From NCBI RefSeq assembly GCF_001194135.2, contig NC_068982.1, positions 127,987,315 to 128,051,314 on the forward strand: a stretch of DNA of 64,000 nt, read 5' to 3'. The notes below the pieces were generated by a model, which made no database searches, was not told the origin of the DNA, and was given only the letters and a program-made list of their open reading frames with translations. A program made the translations under genes and the position numbers. Position 1 is the first letter of the stretch. Each line of letters opens with the position of its first letter. Shown in pieces: positions 61,550 to 64,000 of the stretch. The DNA is from Octopus bimaculoides. Its lineage: Eukaryota.

Positions 61550-61970
61550 ACACCTGAGACAGAAGAAGAATGTTTGTGTAGAGGTAAGGCCACATGTCCT
61601 CTTTCTGGCTACAGTAATATTGAAAGAGTTGTACATGAGACAGGTAACGTCAGAGGGCCCAAAATAGGATAACCAAATGTGTGGATGTATTTGGAAGCAA
61701 CAGAAAGCCTCTTTAGAACCAGATTCGATAACTACACTTCTTCAATATCATGGAGAGATAAACTGTCACAACCCTGGCCAGGCACTTATGGCTGTTCAAA
61801 GAAAGCATCACAGAGTACAACATAAAGTGGAAAATCTCAAAGATGTACAAAGCATAAAGTACTAGTTATGTTTAACCTAGGAAAAAACTATATCATAAAA
61901 TTCTCTGCACCCAGACATCTACCTAAACTGCAGAAGATTTTTAACCCATGCCCACATGAATGAAGGTCAA
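61550..61970 (+). pseudogene. Penelope-like (Neptune-type layout) GIY-YIG endonuclease remnant
   Basis: CLCRGKATCPLSG..VVH / YLEATESLFRTRFDNYTSS / TTLARHLWLFK...IKWKI / CL.*EK / PCPH, resembling CNCR..CPL.G...YIG.TE..FK.R..NH..S..LS.H.W.LK...W.I...LCL.EK...CRH. Confidence 0.6.
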
Positions 61971-61990
61971 TGAAATATATATATATATAC

Positions 61991-62049
61991 ATTTATCAAA
62001 AGGGGCACACGAGTGCCTACCTGCTAGAAGTAGGCACCTTTTGATAAAT
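61991..62049. repeat. Compact palindrome with nested hairpins
   Basis: atttatcaaaagg/ccttttgataaat (13 bp perfect) enclosing gtgcctac/gtaggcac (8 bp) and ggcac/gtgcc (5 bp). Confidence 0.8.
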
Positions 62050-62209
62050 AGAAATTTTAATTCTATAGCTATCTAACACTATTTAACGCTTGCAACCACC
62101 TATATTGTTGTTATTATCAATTATTTATATTTACTGCAGATAATTATCACAATAATGATATCTATATAAATGTTCACATTTGAATATTTACTCCTTAATA
62201 TATTTATAT

Positions 62210-62211
<2 letters not shown>

Positions 62212-62242
<31 letters not shown>

Positions 62243-62420
62243 TTAGCATCTGTTGTCCATGCTGGCATGCGTTGGACAGTTTGACCATGGCTGGTAAGCT
62301 GAGGAGCTACACCAGACTTCAGTCTAATGTGGCAGGGCTTCTATGGTTGGATGGCCTTCCTAACACCAATAATTAATGGGTGATTTTACATGCCACCATC
62401 ATGAGTGCCTGTTGCATAAC
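62212..62420 (-). mobile_element. RTE 3' tail fragment
   Basis: (TCA)n then tttagcatctgttgtccatgctggcatg..ggatggccttcctaacacca. Confidence 0.55.
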
Positions 62421-62665
62421 AACAGTATCTGCCACAACTACAATTTCAATATATATATATATATCCACTAGGATTGATCTTTCCAATTGAACCTGTCACG
62501 AGTATGCTGGTGGGGATGTAGGCTGTATCCAGATCATGACTCCTGGATATCTCTTCTGCCACACTTTGTCCAACCCACACCTTCAATGATTCAGTTCCTC
62601 AAAGCCAAGTCATCTTGGATCATGTAACCACTTTGGTACAAGACATCAATTGTAGAGAGGATAAG

Positions 62666-63100
62666 TTATGCTTTCCAAAGTTCACTATTGTTCCTTCTTG
62701 ATTAGATCCAGGCAGAAAGTTTTTCGGTTGCTTTTAATATTACTTTTAGGGCTCTGGTCCTCCCTTTCCTCGAATTTGAGAGCTGTTTCATGAAATCACA
62801 GGCAAATTTTCCCACAGCTGCTCCCTTGCTTTTGCCTCTATGGTAAATAACTTTGGCTTGAAAGCCAGATTCTCTTATGTTGTTGATTAAACTTGTGTGC
62901 TTCTAAGTACACAAGTGTCATGTGAATAAGAATGGACGAAACTTAAATTGTTAGGTTTCATCCCTTCTTCTTCACATAACACTTTGAGTTTAATCAGAAT
63001 CACTTGTTTAATGAAAGTGAGTGGAGTACATTATCCAACTTCATACCACTCTTGTTAATGATTTGTGGGTAATTTTTCCATTCTGGAATGTCTGCCATGC
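62666..63100 (-). pseudogene. HERO/R2-group non-LTR retrotransposon RLE C-terminus remnant
   Basis: ADIPEWKNYPQIINKSGMKLDNVLHS / KQVILIKLKVLCEE / SLINNIRESGF..AVGKFACDFMKQL..RALKVILKATEKLSAWI*SRR, resembling DL..W..YP..I..T.LRPDIVL.S..K.V.LIELTVPWEE..KY..L..EAAEK.S.WIW.RR. Confidence 0.6.
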
Positions 63101-63974
63101 ATTCCTAGTCATCTACTCCATCCACTATCTTCCGATGATTTGTTGCTGGATGTCTTCCTTACAGCTACTTAACTATGAACTAATAGTTATACCCATTATT
63201 TGCAGTCAGGAAAACTAAAGTAATAAGTTTATGGTTTGTTACAATGTCATTATCACAAGTGTTTGGTTGTTGTTATGAATCTTAGTTTCACTGCCACTAT
63301 CTCTATTAGTAAAACATTGGCGTTATTTTCACTAAAAGTAATGTAAATATGTTAGACATTTTCTGAATATGTTATATATGCCAAAAGAAATTGTGGTTTT
63401 TACAATTTTTGGCAGTACAGGAGGTAGTTTAGTACATATCTTCTATCTACAAATATCATAGTAGTTTAAGATTCTAGCTTATTGCTTCGAGGTATATGTA
63501 ACATAAATATTGATTGAATTTTCTGAATTGGGTATATTTAATGGTTAGATAGTGAAGATTTCCAACAACAAAATTTAGCAAAATATGTTTACTGATATAA
63601 CCTTCTTTCTTTTTTTTTTTTTTTTACTTTGAAGACAACATATACTTATCGCTTTCATCTGGTTTTAAATCATTCTATTAAATGAATAAAGTTATCATGG
63701 TTAGTAATATTGATTTTCTTCCTCATTTGGTTACAAAGATTTTCTTTCAAGTAACTCTTTGTTTTTTTTATTTCTAAGTATTTCTTTCCTTTTTTTTGAA
63801 ATTGATTTATTAAAGTCATTTTCAACTCACTTTTGTTTTCATTGTGAAGTTCATTTCTTCACATTTTTAATTGGATACATTTTACTATTATTAGTATTTT
63901 AACAGAAAAGATTATCAGTCGTCTCACTCAAATTTAAGTTTTTACATTTAGTTGTCCAAAATTCCAGGAGCAGG

Positions 63975-64000
63975 AGGGACATTTGTTAATTCTCTTTCAG
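63975..64000 (+). other. ANKIB1: Probable 3' splice acceptor for the next ANKIB1 exon, which would start just outside the window
   Basis: Window ends ttgttaattctctttcAG; no matching coding exon found between 58171 and 64000. Confidence 0.4.

Noticed and set aside
1-64000. CRISPR arrays, rRNA, prokaryotic operons or defence systems
   Set aside because: Sequence is eukaryotic and intronic; no regularly spaced repeat-spacer array or such genes seen.

Overview
AT-rich, repeat-dense metazoan genomic DNA with 9 assembly gaps. The SINE/LINE repertoire looks like a coleoid cephalopod such as Octopus (inference). The only host gene I can support is the 5' part of an ANKIB1 orthologue (ankyrin-repeat/IBR RBR E3 ligase) on the + strand. 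Its three coding exons (15324-15511, 31333-31540, 58114-58170) splice in frame across introns of 15.8 and 26.6 kb, and a probable next acceptor ends at base 64000. The rest is intronic and packed with mobile DNA: five tRNA-derived SINE types with swapped modules, RTE, CR1-like, Dong/R4-like and HERO-like LINE remnants, two mariner remnants, hAT- and piggyBac-like MITEs, a Helitron-like end and several Penelope-like (GIY-YIG) remnants. The most striking object is a 554-bp Penelope-like insertion at 23131-23684 with a 13-bp target-site duplication. It carries a GIY-YIG C-terminus, a tRNA-like Pol III A/B-box cassette, a minimal hammerhead-ribozyme motif, and an inverted terminal copy that starts about 1 nt after the predicted self-cleavage site. 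All family assignments come from motif recall, not database searches. Repeat boundaries are approximate (+/-10-20 bp) unless TSDs or TIRs are given. SINE-1 to SINE-5 and families F, G, H are my working labels.
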